A program made the position numbers and the translations under genes. 64,000 bases of DNA. Origin: Thermoplasmatota archaeon. Lineage in GTDB: Archaea > Thermoplasmatota > E2 > DHVEG-1. The notes under the pieces were generated by a model. That model ran no database searches. It had not been told where the DNA came from and saw nothing but the letters and a program-made list of their open reading frames with translations. Of the stretch, positions 54,360 through 64,000 are shown one piece after another; position 1 is the stretch's first letter, and each line of letters opens with the position of its first letter. Location of the stretch: positions 11,926-75,925 of the forward strand of contig JBFEOQ010000002.1 in assembly GCA_041550515.1 (NCBI GenBank), given 5' to 3'.

Positions 54360-55778
54360 ATGCCTGAGACAAAAGTAAAAAAAACAGATGATTTTAACGA
54401 ATGGTACAATGAAATAGTGGAACTTGCAGACTTATGTGATAAAAGATTTCCTATCAAAGGAATGAATGTATGGCGTCCATATGGCTGGATCCTTATGTGT
54501 CAAGTTGATCAAATGATAAGAGCAGAAATGATTAAAACCTCTCATCAGGAATTATGCTTTCCATTACTAATTCCTGAATCTTCTTTTAAAAAAGAAGAAG
54601 AACACATTGAAGGTTTTGGCAGTGAAGTATATTGGGTTACTCATGCGGGTCTTAACAAACTTGAAGAACGTTGGTTATTAAGGCCTACTAGTGAAACAGC
54701 AATGTATCCAATGTTTTCACTTTGGATAAGGTCACATGCAGATCTTCCTCTTAAGACATATCAAATTGTAAATACTTTTAGATATGAGACAAAACAAACT
54801 CGTGCTTTTATTCGTGTTCGTGAAATTCATTTTTTTGAGGCTCATACATGTCATATTGATTTTAAAGATGCTGAAAAACAAATACAGGAAGATAAGAATA
54901 TTGCAAAAAAATTATTTGATAAATTATGTCTACCATTTATATTTTGCAAAAGACCTGAATGGGATAAGTTTGCAGGTGCATATTATACAATAAGTATAGA
55001 TGTCTTGATGCCTTCTTTAAAAACTCTTCAACTTGGTTCTATTCACCAATATCGTGATAACTTTGCAAAACCATATGAGATTAGTTATGAAACTGAAAAG
55101 GGAGATCATGCTTTTTGTCATCAAACAACATATGGTATGAGTGAAAGGATATTAGGTGCGCTTATAGGAATACATGGGGATAATAAAGGTCTTATAATGC
55201 CCCCTTTAGTTGCGCCAACTCAAATTGTAATAATTCCAATAATTTTTAAAGGAAAAGAAAAAATTGTTAAAAATGCATGCAACTCAATTGAAAAACAACT
55301 AAAAAATGAAGGTTACCGGGTTCATGTTGATTATAGAGATTTAACACCTGGAAATAAATATTATGAATGGGAGCTTAAAGGAATACCTATTAGAATAGAA
55401 ATTGGTCCACGTGAAATAAAAAATAAACAGATAGTCCTTGTTAGAAGAGATAACTCTGAAAAGAAATCAATACCTATTAAATCTTCTGTTAAAATGATTA
55501 AATCAGAATTATCAGATATCTCTAATACCATTTATGAAAAGGCTAAAAAAATACTTAATGAAAATATACATAAAGTTGAGAATATTGAAAAAGTAAAAAA
55601 TTTAAAAGGTATCATTGAAATTCCATGGTGCGGTAATAAAGATTGTGCTTTAGAAATCGAAAATATTTTAGAGGGTAACACGTTAGGTGAACCTATTGAA
55701 GATAATAAATGCAACAAGTTGTGCCCTATTTGTAAAAAACAAGCAGTAACTTGGATGAGATATGCAAAATCATATTAA
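54360..55778 (+). CDS. proS: Proline--tRNA ligase, archaeal/eukaryotic type
   Basis: FNEWYNEIV...LRPTSET...FRYE...C-terminal zinc-binding CxxC...CPIC domain. 472 aa. Confidence 0.93.
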   Translation: MPETKVKKTDDFNEWYNEIVELADLCDKRFPIKGMNVWRPYGWILMCQVDQMIRAEMIKTSHQELCFPLLIPESSFKKEEEHIEGFGSEVYWVTHAGLNKLEERWLLRPTSETAMYPMFSLWIRSHADLPLKTYQIVNTFRYETKQTRAFIRVREIHFFEAHTCHIDFKDAEKQIQEDKNIAKKLFDKLCLPFIFCKRPEWDKFAGAYYTISIDVLMPSLKTLQLGSIHQYRDNFAKPYEISYETEKGDHAFCHQTTYGMSERILGALIGIHGDNKGLIMPPLVAPTQIVIIPIIFKGKEKIVKNACNSIEKQLKNEGYRVHVDYRDLTPGNKYYEWELKGIPIRIEIGPREIKNKQIVLVRRDNSEKKSIPIKSSVKMIKSELSDISNTIYEKAKKILNENIHKVENIEKVKNLKGIIEIPWCGNKDCALEIENILEGNTLGEPIEDNKCNKLCPICKKQAVTWMRYAKSY

Positions 55779-55807
55779 ATAAATTAATATTTGAGGTGAA
55801 AAAAGAT

Positions 55808-56191
55808 ATGAGTGGAAAAATAATAGGATTTTTACGAGAATATGTTTTAATTTTAAGCATAATATTTACTATACTTGGCTTTATTGTTTTATTAATAGGT
55901 ATTACAGGTATTTGGTTTCAGGATATATTAAAAAATTTTTTAAATTTTACAGATGATGCCATGGATTGGAGCTTTTATATTTTAATAATTGGATTTATAA
56001 TGTTTGGAATTGGTATTTACTATCTCTATAGTTATTTTAATAACCGTAAGTTTGTGATGGAAGAACTTAAAACAAATAAAAGGTCTGAATTCTTAAAAAA
56101 ACATGTCGAAGTTAAACAAAAAGTAAAACATTTACCATCTAAATATCATAAAATGTTAAAAGAGAAAGAAAAGGATTTACAGATTAAATAA
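55808..56191 (+). CDS. Small membrane protein (2 TM) with basic C-terminal tail
   Basis: GAGGTGA SD 7 nt upstream of the ATG at 55808. The track's upstream extension overlaps proS. Confidence 0.5.
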   Translation: MSGKIIGFLREYVLILSIIFTILGFIVLLIGITGIWFQDILKNFLNFTDDAMDWSFYILIIGFIMFGIGIYYLYSYFNNRKFVMEELKTNKRSEFLKKHVEVKQKVKHLPSKYHKMLKEKEKDLQIK

Positions 56192-56204
56192 ATATTACAA
56201 TATT

Positions 56205-56930
56205 TTGGAGTGTAATAATATTCCTGAGTTTTATATAGTTTTAGCCGAACCTAAATATGGTGGAAATATTGGTGCTATAGCAAGATCTATGGCAAATTTT
56301 GGTTTTAAAAATTTATATCTGATAAATCCTTGTAATTTGAATGGTGACTGTTATGCGCGTGCTATGCATGCGCAAGATATACTAAAGAATGCAAAGATTT
56401 TTCCTTCATTTAATGAAGCAATAAAAAATTTAGATTATTTGGTTGCAACAAGTTCAATTGAAAGTAAAACGGAAAAAAAACATCTTAGACTTCCTTTGAA
56501 TTTATTTGATTTTTGTAATAAAATTTTTCAGATCGATGGAAATATTGGTCTTGTATTCGGCAGGGAAGATTATGGTCTTTTAAATCAAGAAATTGCTATG
56601 TGTGATATAATGGTTCGTATTCCAACTAGTAAATTATATTCTTCTATGAATCTTTCACATGCTGTAACAATTGTTTTGTTTTCTTTATTTACGAATACAA
56701 AAAAAATACATGATAATAAAAGGATACTTGATCGTATAGAAAAAGAACAACTTTTTAAATTTTTTTCAGTGCTATTAGAAAGTATCGAATATCCTAACCA
56801 TAAAAAAGAAAATACAGAAATAATGTTTAAACGACTTATGGGTCGAGCGATGCCTTCAAAATGGGAATATCATACACTGATGGGTGTTTTAAGTAAAAGT
56901 ATATATAAAATAATGAAAAATAAGAAATAA
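56205..56930 (+). CDS. trmJ: SpoU/TrmH-class RNA 2'-O-methyltransferase, TrmJ-like
   Basis: VLAEPKYGGNIGAIARSMANFG...GLVFGREDYGL...SMNLSHAV (SPOUT knot motifs). Confidence 0.8.
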   Translation: MECNNIPEFYIVLAEPKYGGNIGAIARSMANFGFKNLYLINPCNLNGDCYARAMHAQDILKNAKIFPSFNEAIKNLDYLVATSSIESKTEKKHLRLPLNLFDFCNKIFQIDGNIGLVFGREDYGLLNQEIAMCDIMVRIPTSKLYSSMNLSHAVTIVLFSLFTNTKKIHDNKRILDRIEKEQLFKFFSVLLESIEYPNHKKENTEIMFKRLMGRAMPSKWEYHTLMGVLSKSIYKIMKNKK

Positions 56931-56940
56931 TATTGAATTT

Positions 56941-57174
56941 TTAAAGAGTTTCTATCGAAAATAAAATATTATGGTTTTTTAAAGCAGTATGTATCTTATC
57001 TGCGAACCATACTAGTTCGTCTAATGTTGCTTCCTTTTTTTTCCAATCATATACAAAGTCATAGCTACCTTTTGCAGCTTTAAAACCTAGATTCATTAAC
57101 AGTGTTTTTATTTCTGAAGGACTACTTCCCTCACTGTTAAATGTAATTGTTATATATGTTTTCATATAAATCAC
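56941..57174 (-). CDS. Hypothetical small protein (about 74-77 aa)
   Basis: ORF only. The alpha/beta-looking sequence KTYITITFNSEGSSPSEIKTLLMNLGF matches no family I recognise. Confidence 0.4.
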   Translation of the reverse strand: MIYMKTYITITFNSEGSSPSEIKTLLMNLGFKAAKGSYDFVYDWKKKEATLDELVWFADKIHTALKNHNILFSIETL

Positions 57175-57235
57175 TTATAATTGAAAATGTTATTATTTTA
57201 AGACTATTAAATAATTGTGCTTTCCTGATAAATTT

Positions 57236-58366
57236 TTATGCTGATATTGGTATTGGAGCAAAACATAGTATGAAAATAATAAGTGCTATTACGCCTAAAA
57301 TTATTCTTTTGTTATCAAGAGGTGAAAAATCATTTAATGGAGGTTGATGTCGAGTACCTATTAAGAATAATATAATAAATGCAAAAATTAACCAACCTGG
57401 ATAAACAAATCCTAATCCAACGACAATAGCTATTACTGCCCAACTTGCATATTTATAATTTTCTTTTAGAAGAGCTCTTACAACATGCCCCCCATCTAAT
57501 TGTCCAATTGGTAAAAGATTTATCGCAGTTAAAAAAAGTCCAACCCATCCTGCAAAAAGTGTTGGATGAATTATTGCATTTTCTGGAATTGTAAAAAAAT
57601 TACTTATTCCTTGTAATATTAATGGAAAAAAAACATTAATATTACCTGCAGATGGTTCAATAATTATCGGATTTTGTTGCATTAAAAATAAACCTATCAC
57701 ACATATAGGTATAGCAATTAAAAAACCAAATATTGGACCAGATATACCTACATCAAGTAATGTTTTTCTATCAGGTATAGGCTCTCTGGTTGATATTAAT
57801 GCGCCAAAAGTTCCAAGTATAAATGGCGGAGGTAAAGGTATAAAATAAGGTAGTGAAGTATCTAACTGATGTTTTTTTGAGGTAAAATAATGTCCCATTT
57901 CGTGTATGCCAAGTATTAATAATAGAGGAATTGAAAAATCTATTAATCCTTTAAATAAATAATTTAAGCTTATTATTTCTTCCCAAGTTGCATTGTTTAT
58001 ACTTGCCCACTGCAATGAACCTGCAAGTGTTGTTGTAAAAATTGTTGCAAAAAGTAAAACTATGTTTACCCAAGAAGGTCTCTTTTTAATTTTAGGTTTT
58101 TTTATTATGTATATTACATGTTCTCCACTTTGTTTCCTTAGCATAGGAATATAACCTTTTTCAGAAAGCGATCTTCTAAGAGTTTCAAATTTTTCTTCTA
58201 ATTGATATTCATCTATCCTACAAAAAAAAGCAGCGGTGTCTTTACCATATTTTACATCATAAAAAGGAAAATTTTTACCAATTTCTATTTTCAACATTTC
58301 AATATCTAAATCTGTAGAACTGTTTGTTGTATTATCAAACGGATTCCAAGTCCAAGTATTAGACAT
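57236..58366 (-). CDS. Site-2 protease family M50 membrane metalloprotease
   Basis: HEMGHYFTSKKH (HExxH) and AINLLPIGQLDGGH motifs. Polytopic. Confidence 0.82.
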   Translation of the reverse strand: MSNTWTWNPFDNTTNSSTDLDIEMLKIEIGKNFPFYDVKYGKDTAAFFCRIDEYQLEEKFETLRRSLSEKGYIPMLRKQSGEHVIYIIKKPKIKKRPSWVNIVLLFATIFTTTLAGSLQWASINNATWEEIISLNYLFKGLIDFSIPLLLILGIHEMGHYFTSKKHQLDTSLPYFIPLPPPFILGTFGALISTREPIPDRKTLLDVGISGPIFGFLIAIPICVIGLFLMQQNPIIIEPSAGNINVFFPLILQGISNFFTIPENAIIHPTLFAGWVGLFLTAINLLPIGQLDGGHVVRALLKENYKYASWAVIAIVVGLGFVYPGWLIFAFIILFLIGTRHQPPLNDFSPLDNKRIILGVIALIIFILCFAPIPISA

Positions 58367-58472
58367 TTACCGGGTCAATAATAACTTTATTTTATAAAAC
58401 CTTCGTTAAAGTAAAATATTTAGAACATTATCTTTATTTATGACTTTTATTATGCCTGGTTAGGGAAATTAG

Positions 58473-59738
58473 ATGACTGTCAATCTAGTTATTGGAACTC
58501 AATGGGGGGATGAAGGTAAAGGCAAAGTTGTTGACTATTATTCTAAAGATGCAGATTATGTTGTTCGTTTTCAGGGTGGAGCTAACGCTGGACATACTAT
58601 TAAAGTAAATCAAGAAATATATCAATTGCATTTAATTCCTTCAGGTGTGATACAGGGAAAAATCGGTGTCATTGGAAATGGGGTAGTTATTGATCCTGAA
58701 AAATTGATATATGAACTAAATGAACTTAAAAACCGAGGTATAACACCAAAACTTCTTATTAGTGATAGAGCAAATATAATCATGCCTTATCATAAAATAC
58801 TTGACGGGATACAAGAAAAGTTACTGGGGGATAAAAAAATAGGTACTACTGGTAGAGGTATTGGTCCTTGTTATAGTGATAAAATTGCTAGAAATGGCAT
58901 ACGTACAATAGATTTAATGAATCAAAAAATTCTAAGTAAAAGATTAGATACTATCTTACCTATAAAAGAGAGAATATACAATGCATATGGTATAAATGAA
59001 AAACTTGATAAAAAGATAATTTTAAAAAAGTATTTAGATTTTGCAAATCAACTTAGGCCTTACATTACTCAAACACATATTGAATTAAACAAGGCAATAA
59101 AATCTGGTAAAAACATTCTTTTAGAGGGTGCTCAAGGTACAATGCTTGATATTGATTTTGGAACATATCCTTATTCCACATCCTCAAATACAGTAGCAGG
59201 TGGTAGTAGTATAGGTACAGGTATAGGACTTAGAAATTATGATCAAGTAATAGGAATTGTAAAAGCTTATACTACTAGAGTTGGTGAAGGACCTCTTCCG
59301 ACAGAACTTTTAGATAAATATGGTGAATATCTTAAAAAAAATGGTCATGAGTATGGTACTACAACTAATCGACCAAGACGTTGTGGTTGGCTTGATCTAG
59401 TTGTTGTAAAACACTCATGCTTAATATCAAATGTTACTAAACTTGCAATAACAAAATTAGATGTACTTAGTGGATTAGATATTATAAAGATATGTATAAA
59501 ATATAAATTAAACAATATAGAATTAGATTATTTCCCCGCAAACATTGAAGATGTTAAAAAATGTAAACCAGTATATAAAGAATTTAAGGGATGGGATAAT
59601 ATAAAACCTGACTCAGATTCGCTATCTGATTTACCTATTGAAGCAAAAAAATATATAAAATACATTGAAGAAGAAATAAAAACACCAATAGCCTTAATAT
59701 CAATTGGTCCAGGAAGAACAGAAACAATAAATGTTTAA
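58473..59738 (+). CDS. purA: Adenylosuccinate synthetase
   Basis: GTQWGDEGKGK, GGANAGHT, TTGRGIGP and TTTNRPRRCGW motifs. Confidence 0.95.
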   Translation: MTVNLVIGTQWGDEGKGKVVDYYSKDADYVVRFQGGANAGHTIKVNQEIYQLHLIPSGVIQGKIGVIGNGVVIDPEKLIYELNELKNRGITPKLLISDRANIIMPYHKILDGIQEKLLGDKKIGTTGRGIGPCYSDKIARNGIRTIDLMNQKILSKRLDTILPIKERIYNAYGINEKLDKKIILKKYLDFANQLRPYITQTHIELNKAIKSGKNILLEGAQGTMLDIDFGTYPYSTSSNTVAGGSSIGTGIGLRNYDQVIGIVKAYTTRVGEGPLPTELLDKYGEYLKKNGHEYGTTTNRPRRCGWLDLVVVKHSCLISNVTKLAITKLDVLSGLDIIKICIKYKLNNIELDYFPANIEDVKKCKPVYKEFKGWDNIKPDSDSLSDLPIEAKKYIKYIEEEIKTPIALISIGPGRTETINV

Positions 59739-59971
59739 ACTGTTTCTTTAACAGAAAGTGCTGTATTAATCCAACGTAAATAAGAATTACATGCAGCACG
59801 GAGAGAACTTATGTCTTTTGCCTCTATATCAATTTTTAAGACAGTTTCCTCTAATTTTATATTAACTTTTGTTTTTGGTATCTTGTGTTTTATCTCTGGA
59901 TTTAGTGATTTATAAACAATCCTTGCATCATCAATTTTTTCAAAATCTAAAAAAAAACTTACATTTTTCAT
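59735..59971 (-). CDS. pcc1: KEOPS complex subunit Pcc1
   Basis: ...LKIDIEAKDISSLRAACNSYLRWINTAL. LR(G/A)xxNSYLRWI is the Pcc1/CTAG signature. In the superoperon position. Confidence 0.8.
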   Translation of the reverse strand: MKNVSFFLDFEKIDDARIVYKSLNPEIKHKIPKTKVNIKLEETVLKIDIEAKDISSLRAACNSYLRWINTALSVKETV

Positions 59972-59986
59972 AAAAAAAATATTTTT

Positions 59987-60127
59987 TCATCTGGATCTTA
60001 TTTTCTTTGCAACAGTAGGTCTCTCTTTGTAGAAAATTTTACTACCACAATAAGGGCATTGCATACCAATATTTTTAACATCAAACTTAACGCTTTTTTT
60101 ACAAAGTCCACATTTATAACCGGTCAT
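59987..60127 (-). CDS. rpoP: DNA-directed RNA polymerase subunit P (Rpo12)
   Basis: Hand translation: MTGYKCGLCKKSVKFDVKNIGMQCPYCGSKIFYKERPTVAKKIRSR (46 aa). Zinc ribbon CxxC...CPYCGSKI(L/F)YK. Not in the track. Confidence 0.88.
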   Translation of the reverse strand: MTGYKCGLCKKSVKFDVKNIGMQCPYCGSKIFYKERPTVAKKIRSR

Positions 60128-60129
60128 TA

Positions 60130-60459
60130 TTATTCATCCTTAACTTCTTTCACAGATTTTATCTTTTCAAAGTTTTCTTCATTAGATCTCTGTATCTCTT
60201 TGCCACCACGAAGCATTTTTTCAACATTTTGACCTGCTTCAGTTTTAGGGTAGTATGCACCACCTGCAAATTTTATATTACATTTACTGCATTGCCATAT
60301 ACTAGTTCCTAGCCGTCTTACTTTTTGATGACCACAATTTGGACATAAATGTTTTGTTTTTTGAGTAACTTCAACGTTTTTAACTCGAGTTTTTGCTCTT
60401 ACTCCATACCTTGCACCAAAACGCCCAACTGAACCAACTTTTTTTGTTCTTTTAGCCAT
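60130..60459 (-). CDS. rpl37ae: 50S ribosomal protein eL43 (L37Ae)
   Basis: KKVGSVGRFGARYG...CPNCG...WQCSKCNIKFAGGAY. Confidence 0.92.
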   Translation of the reverse strand: MAKRTKKVGSVGRFGARYGVRAKTRVKNVEVTQKTKHLCPNCGHQKVRRLGTSIWQCSKCNIKFAGGAYYPKTEAGQNVEKMLRGGKEIQRSNEENFEKIKSVKEVKDE

Positions 60460-60461
60460 AT

Positions 60462-61301
60462 TTATTTACCCACACTTTTATATAATATTTCTCGGATTTT
60501 CTTGCCATTATCAATCGATGATTTAATAACTTTTTTTATCTCGTCAACAGTAAAACTGCCATTTAAACCTTTCTGCATAGCACGAATATCACCTTTGTCA
60601 TCAGTTGCAATTGTGAGTCTTGCTTCTGCAATTTCCTCTTCATCAAGAGATGGATCTATAACAACTATATCATTAAACTTTGCAGAAGTACAAGAAATTG
60701 GTGGATTACTTAATGGCAGTGGAAAATCTTTTGTGTGATCTTTTAAATATTTTTCAATTGATGGATATTTTTCAATCAAATTCTCAAGTATTGGTGTGAG
60801 TCTTTCGATTGGGACTTTTGCTGTCATTAAAGCAGCTAATGAAGCAAGACTTGCAGCATCAAATAAGTTTCCATCATAATCAAGTATATGAATATCAATA
60901 AAGACCATCCATACTTTTTCGCTGGGGATTATGCATAATTTATCTACATCAATTATTTTTGATTCACGTATTCCACGATCAACAACACGAGCAAGTTCAA
61001 TTGATTTTTGATCAGGTGGTCCTGATTCAAAATCTGGAGATGCCATAGGAATAAGTTCAGCGGCGGTAGTCATTACACCTGAATCCGGAGTATCAGGATA
61101 TGGTTCTCCTATGTCCATTTTTATTCCAGATATCACTTGAGTATTTCCAATTGTTACTCTTGCTGAACCTTCTGCTTTTTTAATTATATTTGTTTCAATT
61201 TTAATTTTTCTAAATTCATCAAACTTTCGATTATCCATGCGTTTACCATTTTTAGTAAGTTTTATGATGTAATCTTTTTTAATTTCAGCAGTAATTGCCA
61301 T
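60462..61301 (-). CDS. rrp42: Exosome complex component Rrp42
   Basis: RMDNRKFDEFRKIKIETNII.KAEGSARV...PYPDTPDSGV...ASPDFESGPP. RNase PH-like, non-catalytic. Confidence 0.9.
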   Translation of the reverse strand: MAITAEIKKDYIIKLTKNGKRMDNRKFDEFRKIKIETNIIKKAEGSARVTIGNTQVISGIKMDIGEPYPDTPDSGVMTTAAELIPMASPDFESGPPDQKSIELARVVDRGIRESKIIDVDKLCIIPSEKVWMVFIDIHILDYDGNLFDAASLASLAALMTAKVPIERLTPILENLIEKYPSIEKYLKDHTKDFPLPLSNPPISCTSAKFNDIVVIDPSLDEEEIAEARLTIATDDKGDIRAMQKGLNGSFTVDEIKKVIKSSIDNGKKIREILYKSVGK

Positions 61302-61304
61302 TTT

Positions 61305-62039
61305 TTATACCTCCCCATTTTTTTGATATTTTTCAAGAATTGCTTTTTTCTGTAATTCTGCGATAATTTTACAGCCTTTTATTGCTAGATCAAGAGCTTT
61401 ATCAAACTCTTTTTGTGTTAAATGTCCATCCATCTGTAGTAATAATATTTCACCTGTTCGTGGAGCTATTGCAATAGGTAGATCTGCATTTCCAAAGTTA
61501 TCTTCTTCCTTACCTAGGTCAAGAACTACTTCTCCATCTATTTTACCTGCAGCACAAGCAACTGGTATATCTTTCATAGGTATTCCTGCATCAACAAGTG
61601 CTACTGCTGCAGCAGTGAGTCCTGCACAACGAGTTCCTGCTTCGGCATCAAGAATTTCAATATTTACGTCAATTGCGGCTCTTGGAAACTTTTCTAATAA
61701 TATTATATTTTCAAGAGCTTCGGAAATAACTTTTGAGATCTCACGGCTACGTCGATCAGGACCAGGTCTTTTTCTATCGTCAACACTAAATGCAGCCATG
61801 TTATAACGAGCATTTACTATTGCTCTTAAAGGGTTTTGAGTATGACGTGGAACTGCCTCTCGCGGACCATAAACTGCAGCAAGAACTTTATTACCACCCC
61901 ATTCTAGATAACAAGAGCCTTCTGCTCTATGTAACACCCCTGCTTCTATTTTAATGGGCCTTAGTTCATCGTTTTTACGATTATCTAATCTTTTACCATT
62001 TTTAATTAATTTTATATCTGATATCATTTTAATGCACAT
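61305..62039 (-). CDS. rrp41: Exosome complex exonuclease Rrp41
   Basis: [45 protein letters not shown]...GPDRRSREI. An alternative start at 62027 (MISDIK) avoids overlap with rrp4. Confidence 0.92.
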   Translation of the reverse strand: MCIKMISDIKLIKNGKRLDNRKNDELRPIKIEAGVLHRAEGSCYLEWGGNKVLAAVYGPREAVPRHTQNPLRAIVNARYNMAAFSVDDRKRPGPDRRSREISKVISEALENIILLEKFPRAAIDVNIEILDAEAGTRCAGLTAAAVALVDAGIPMKDIPVACAAGKIDGEVVLDLGKEEDNFGNADLPIAIAPRTGEILLLQMDGHLTQKEFDKALDLAIKGCKIIAELQKKAILEKYQKNGEV

Positions 62040-62709
62040 CCTTTGAATCTTTTTTTAATAAATTTTCTATTTTATTTGTTAAGCCATAAGATAAAGCTTC
62101 TTTTTGTATTAACTCAATAATATCTATTGCTCTTTGTACATCTTGTCCTTCACCTTCAATCCAAATCCTACCATTTTGTCCAACAAAAATACGGGATCGA
62201 GTATATTTTTTAATAAGTGAAATCATAGATGCTTTTTTACCAATAATTCTAGGGACTTTTGAGGGTTCAACATTTATTAGGTTTCCACCTTTTACTTTAT
62301 AGAGATTTCTATCTTTTAATGTTATTTGTAATTTTTTTTCCTGATCAACCTGTAACACTTTTGCCATTACTGTGTCTCCAGCATTCAAGTAACGTTCAGT
62401 TTCTCCAAAATCTACATCCCATTGAACCTCGTTTATATGTAAAAGGGCAGGATAAGCAGCATTAATATCTACAAGCCAACTAGATGACATTGCTTCGATT
62501 ATTATTCCAATTACAAAATCTCCTTGAATTGGATTATATCTACCTCTAAGTGGTATAACATTTATATGCTTTATATCAGAACTTAATATACCCAGAATTT
62601 CAGCATATATCTTTCCATTTTCTATGAATGTACCTTGACCAGCTTTTTTGTCTTTAATATCACCTAAAAGCTGGCTTGGAATAACAATTTCACGTATTTG
62701 TTTGTTCAT
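62029..62709 (-). CDS. rrp4: Exosome complex RNA-binding protein Rrp4 (S1 + KH)
   Basis: About 226 aa with S1-like [10 protein letters not shown]...WLVDI and a KH-like [10 protein letters not shown]. Gene order supports the call. Confidence 0.88.
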   Translation of the reverse strand: MNKQIREIVIPSQLLGDIKDKKAGQGTFIENGKIYAEILGILSSDIKHINVIPLRGRYNPIQGDFVIGIIIEAMSSSWLVDINAAYPALLHINEVQWDVDFGETERYLNAGDTVMAKVLQVDQEKKLQITLKDRNLYKVKGGNLINVEPSKVPRIIGKKASMISLIKKYTRSRIFVGQNGRIWIEGEGQDVQRAIDIIELIQKEALSYGLTNKIENLLKKDSKDVH

Positions 62710-62732
62710 AAAACTCTTAATCCTTATAGAAA

Positions 62733-63428
62733 TTACTTTAAAATCTTTGTGGATACGTTTCCTTTAGTTAAATCATTAAGTTTTTCATAAAATTTTGTTT
62801 GAAGACCAGCAGCAATTCGTACTATTCCAACCCATGACCCATCAGATTGCCATTCTTCACGTTCGAGAGCTCCAAAATTACGAGTTTCTCCATAAGCACG
62901 ACCAATAAACTCTGCAGGTATTTTAACTGAAATACGTACCTGCTCCATTGAGATAGGGATAATCGGTCTTAGCACATCAATTATATTTTTTACCTGTTCG
63001 TTTACTGGTTTGAAAGGATCGACATGTATACCTACTTGTTCCATTGCAAGTTCAATTCTCTGTCGGGGATGTGGAGCTTTTGTTTTTGGATCCATTGCGT
63101 TTTTAGCGATTGTTTCAATAATCCTATTTCTCTTATTATTTTGCATTTTTTTACGTTGTTCGGTTGTAAGTTGAATCTCACCTTTTTTAATAATCTTGGT
63201 TGCGATTTCTGTAACATTATTTGTTCCAAAAATAGTTTGAAGAGATTCATTAGAAGCATGTGTCCCTTTTTTTGAATCATTGAAAATTGTATCGATAACA
63301 AGTATTTTTAAAATATCTATTTCTTTTCCATCTAATAAATCTGCTGCTAGATAGGGATCGACTAATATTTCGAAACGTTCTTCTCCTTTTTTAAAACGAG
63401 CAATCACCGCGTCATCTAGACTTACCAA
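62733..63428 (-). CDS. SBDS/Sdo1-family ribosome maturation protein
   Basis: ARFKKGEERFEILVDP...; 231 aa, located between psmA and rrp4 as in the conserved archaeal superoperon. Confidence 0.88.
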   Translation of the reverse strand: MVSLDDAVIARFKKGEERFEILVDPYLAADLLDGKEIDILKILVIDTIFNDSKKGTHASNESLQTIFGTNNVTEIATKIIKKGEIQLTTEQRKKMQNNKRNRIIETIAKNAMDPKTKAPHPRQRIELAMEQVGIHVDPFKPVNEQVKNIIDVLRPIIPISMEQVRISVKIPAEFIGRAYGETRNFGALEREEWQSDGSWVGIVRIAAGLQTKFYEKLNDLTKGNVSTKILK

Positions 63429-64000
63429 TTCTTTTTTCCTCCAAGAGTCTTTGAAACGTACTCTATGGTTTCTTTTGGTGTTAAAATATGGAATTTTAAT
63501 TTTTTATCAACTATACCAATTTCAGTTGCATCAGGATTTAACTTACCCTCAGTACCTTTATGGAGAGCTTTTATAGCCATTTTTATTGCTTCATCCATAT
63601 TCAAATCATCTTTAAAATTACTTTCAAAATAACTCATTGCTCCATTACGACCTGAACCTTCACTACTTGCTTTATATTCCATTAATGCTCCTGATGGATC
63701 AGTTGAAAAAAGTCTAGGACCTGATTCATCAACTCCTGCGATTAATAATGCTGTACCAAAAGGTCTTACTCCACCATATTGAGTATATGTTTGTTTGAAA
63801 TCACAAATTCTTTTTACCAATGTTTTAACTTGAATTTTTTCATTATAGGTTATATCATTTATTTGCGCATCTAATCGTGCTCTATCAATTAATGCCCTTG
63901 CATCAGCAACAAGACCCGAAGTTGCACATCCTATATGGTCATCGATTTCAAATATTTTTTCAATTGAGGCAGGTTCAATTAATCTCGAAGTGATACGTTT
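63422..64000 (-). CDS. psmA: Proteasome subunit alpha, N-terminus beyond window edge
   Basis: The frame stays open to nt 64000 (KRITSRLIEPASIEKIFEIDDHIGCATSGLVADARALIDRAR...YGGVRPFG). The track lists only the portion from an internal Met. Confidence 0.92.
   Translation of the reverse strand, partial: KRITSRLIEPASIEKIFEIDDHIGCATSGLVADARALIDRARLDAQINDITYNEKIQVKTLVKRICDFKQTYTQYGGVRPFGTALLIAGVDESGPRLFSTDPSGALMEYKASSEGSGRNGAMSYFESNFKDDLNMDEAIKMAIKALHKGTEGKLNPDATEIGIVDKKLKFHILTPKETIEYVSKTLGGKKNW

Noticed and set aside
54215-54457. 80-aa minus-strand ORF between eL40 and proS
   Set aside because: It overlaps the eL40 coding sequence and the proS start antisense, and its translation is hydrophobic and low-complexity.

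Overview
Low-GC (about 30% by eye) archaeal chromosome segment with euryarchaeal-type hallmarks. These include class I LysRS, archaeal AlaRS and ProRS, an intron-containing tRNA-Trp with a box C/D guide, a PGF-CTERM protein, and the psmA-SBDS-rrp4-rrp41-rrp42-L37Ae-rpoP-pcc1 superoperon. Most of the window is tightly packed housekeeping: r-proteins uL18/uS5/uL30/uS2/uS9/uL13/eL18/eL40/eL41/eL43, RNAP subunits K, N and P, Sec61beta, aaRSs, gap-pgk, tpiA, tal, purA, DHS, MAP, MBF1 and KEOPS Pcc1. Six conserved genes are under 60 aa and are absent from the ORF track; I recovered them by hand. Four accessory stretches stand out. (1) A ~7.4 kb integrase-less island (26.2-33.6 kb) lies next to tRNA-Ala(CGC) and is bounded by a direct repeat of the tRNA 3' end. 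It carries arsR-arsP-acr3-arsC::trx, an extracytoplasmic thiol-reductant module, and three consecutive secreted proteins that each contain a vicinal Cys-Cys pair. This is my best candidate for an undescribed system. (2) A B12 acyl-CoA mutase operon (cobO-like ATR, large subunit, small subunit, MeaB) has Phe89/Gln207 at the substrate-determinant positions, so it looks like isobutyryl-CoA mutase rather than methylmalonyl-CoA mutase. It converges on a bacterial-type thl-hbd-crt operon. (3) A three-gene envelope-protein cluster (5.0-8.6 kb) encodes paralogous NEW3/CARDB-like ectodomains that share a juxtamembrane motif. (4) An orphan PAS histidine kinase appears translationally coupled to a duplicated zinc-ribbon protein. 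No CRISPR array, transposase, integrase or rRNA was seen. All family assignments come from motif recognition by eye; no searches were run.
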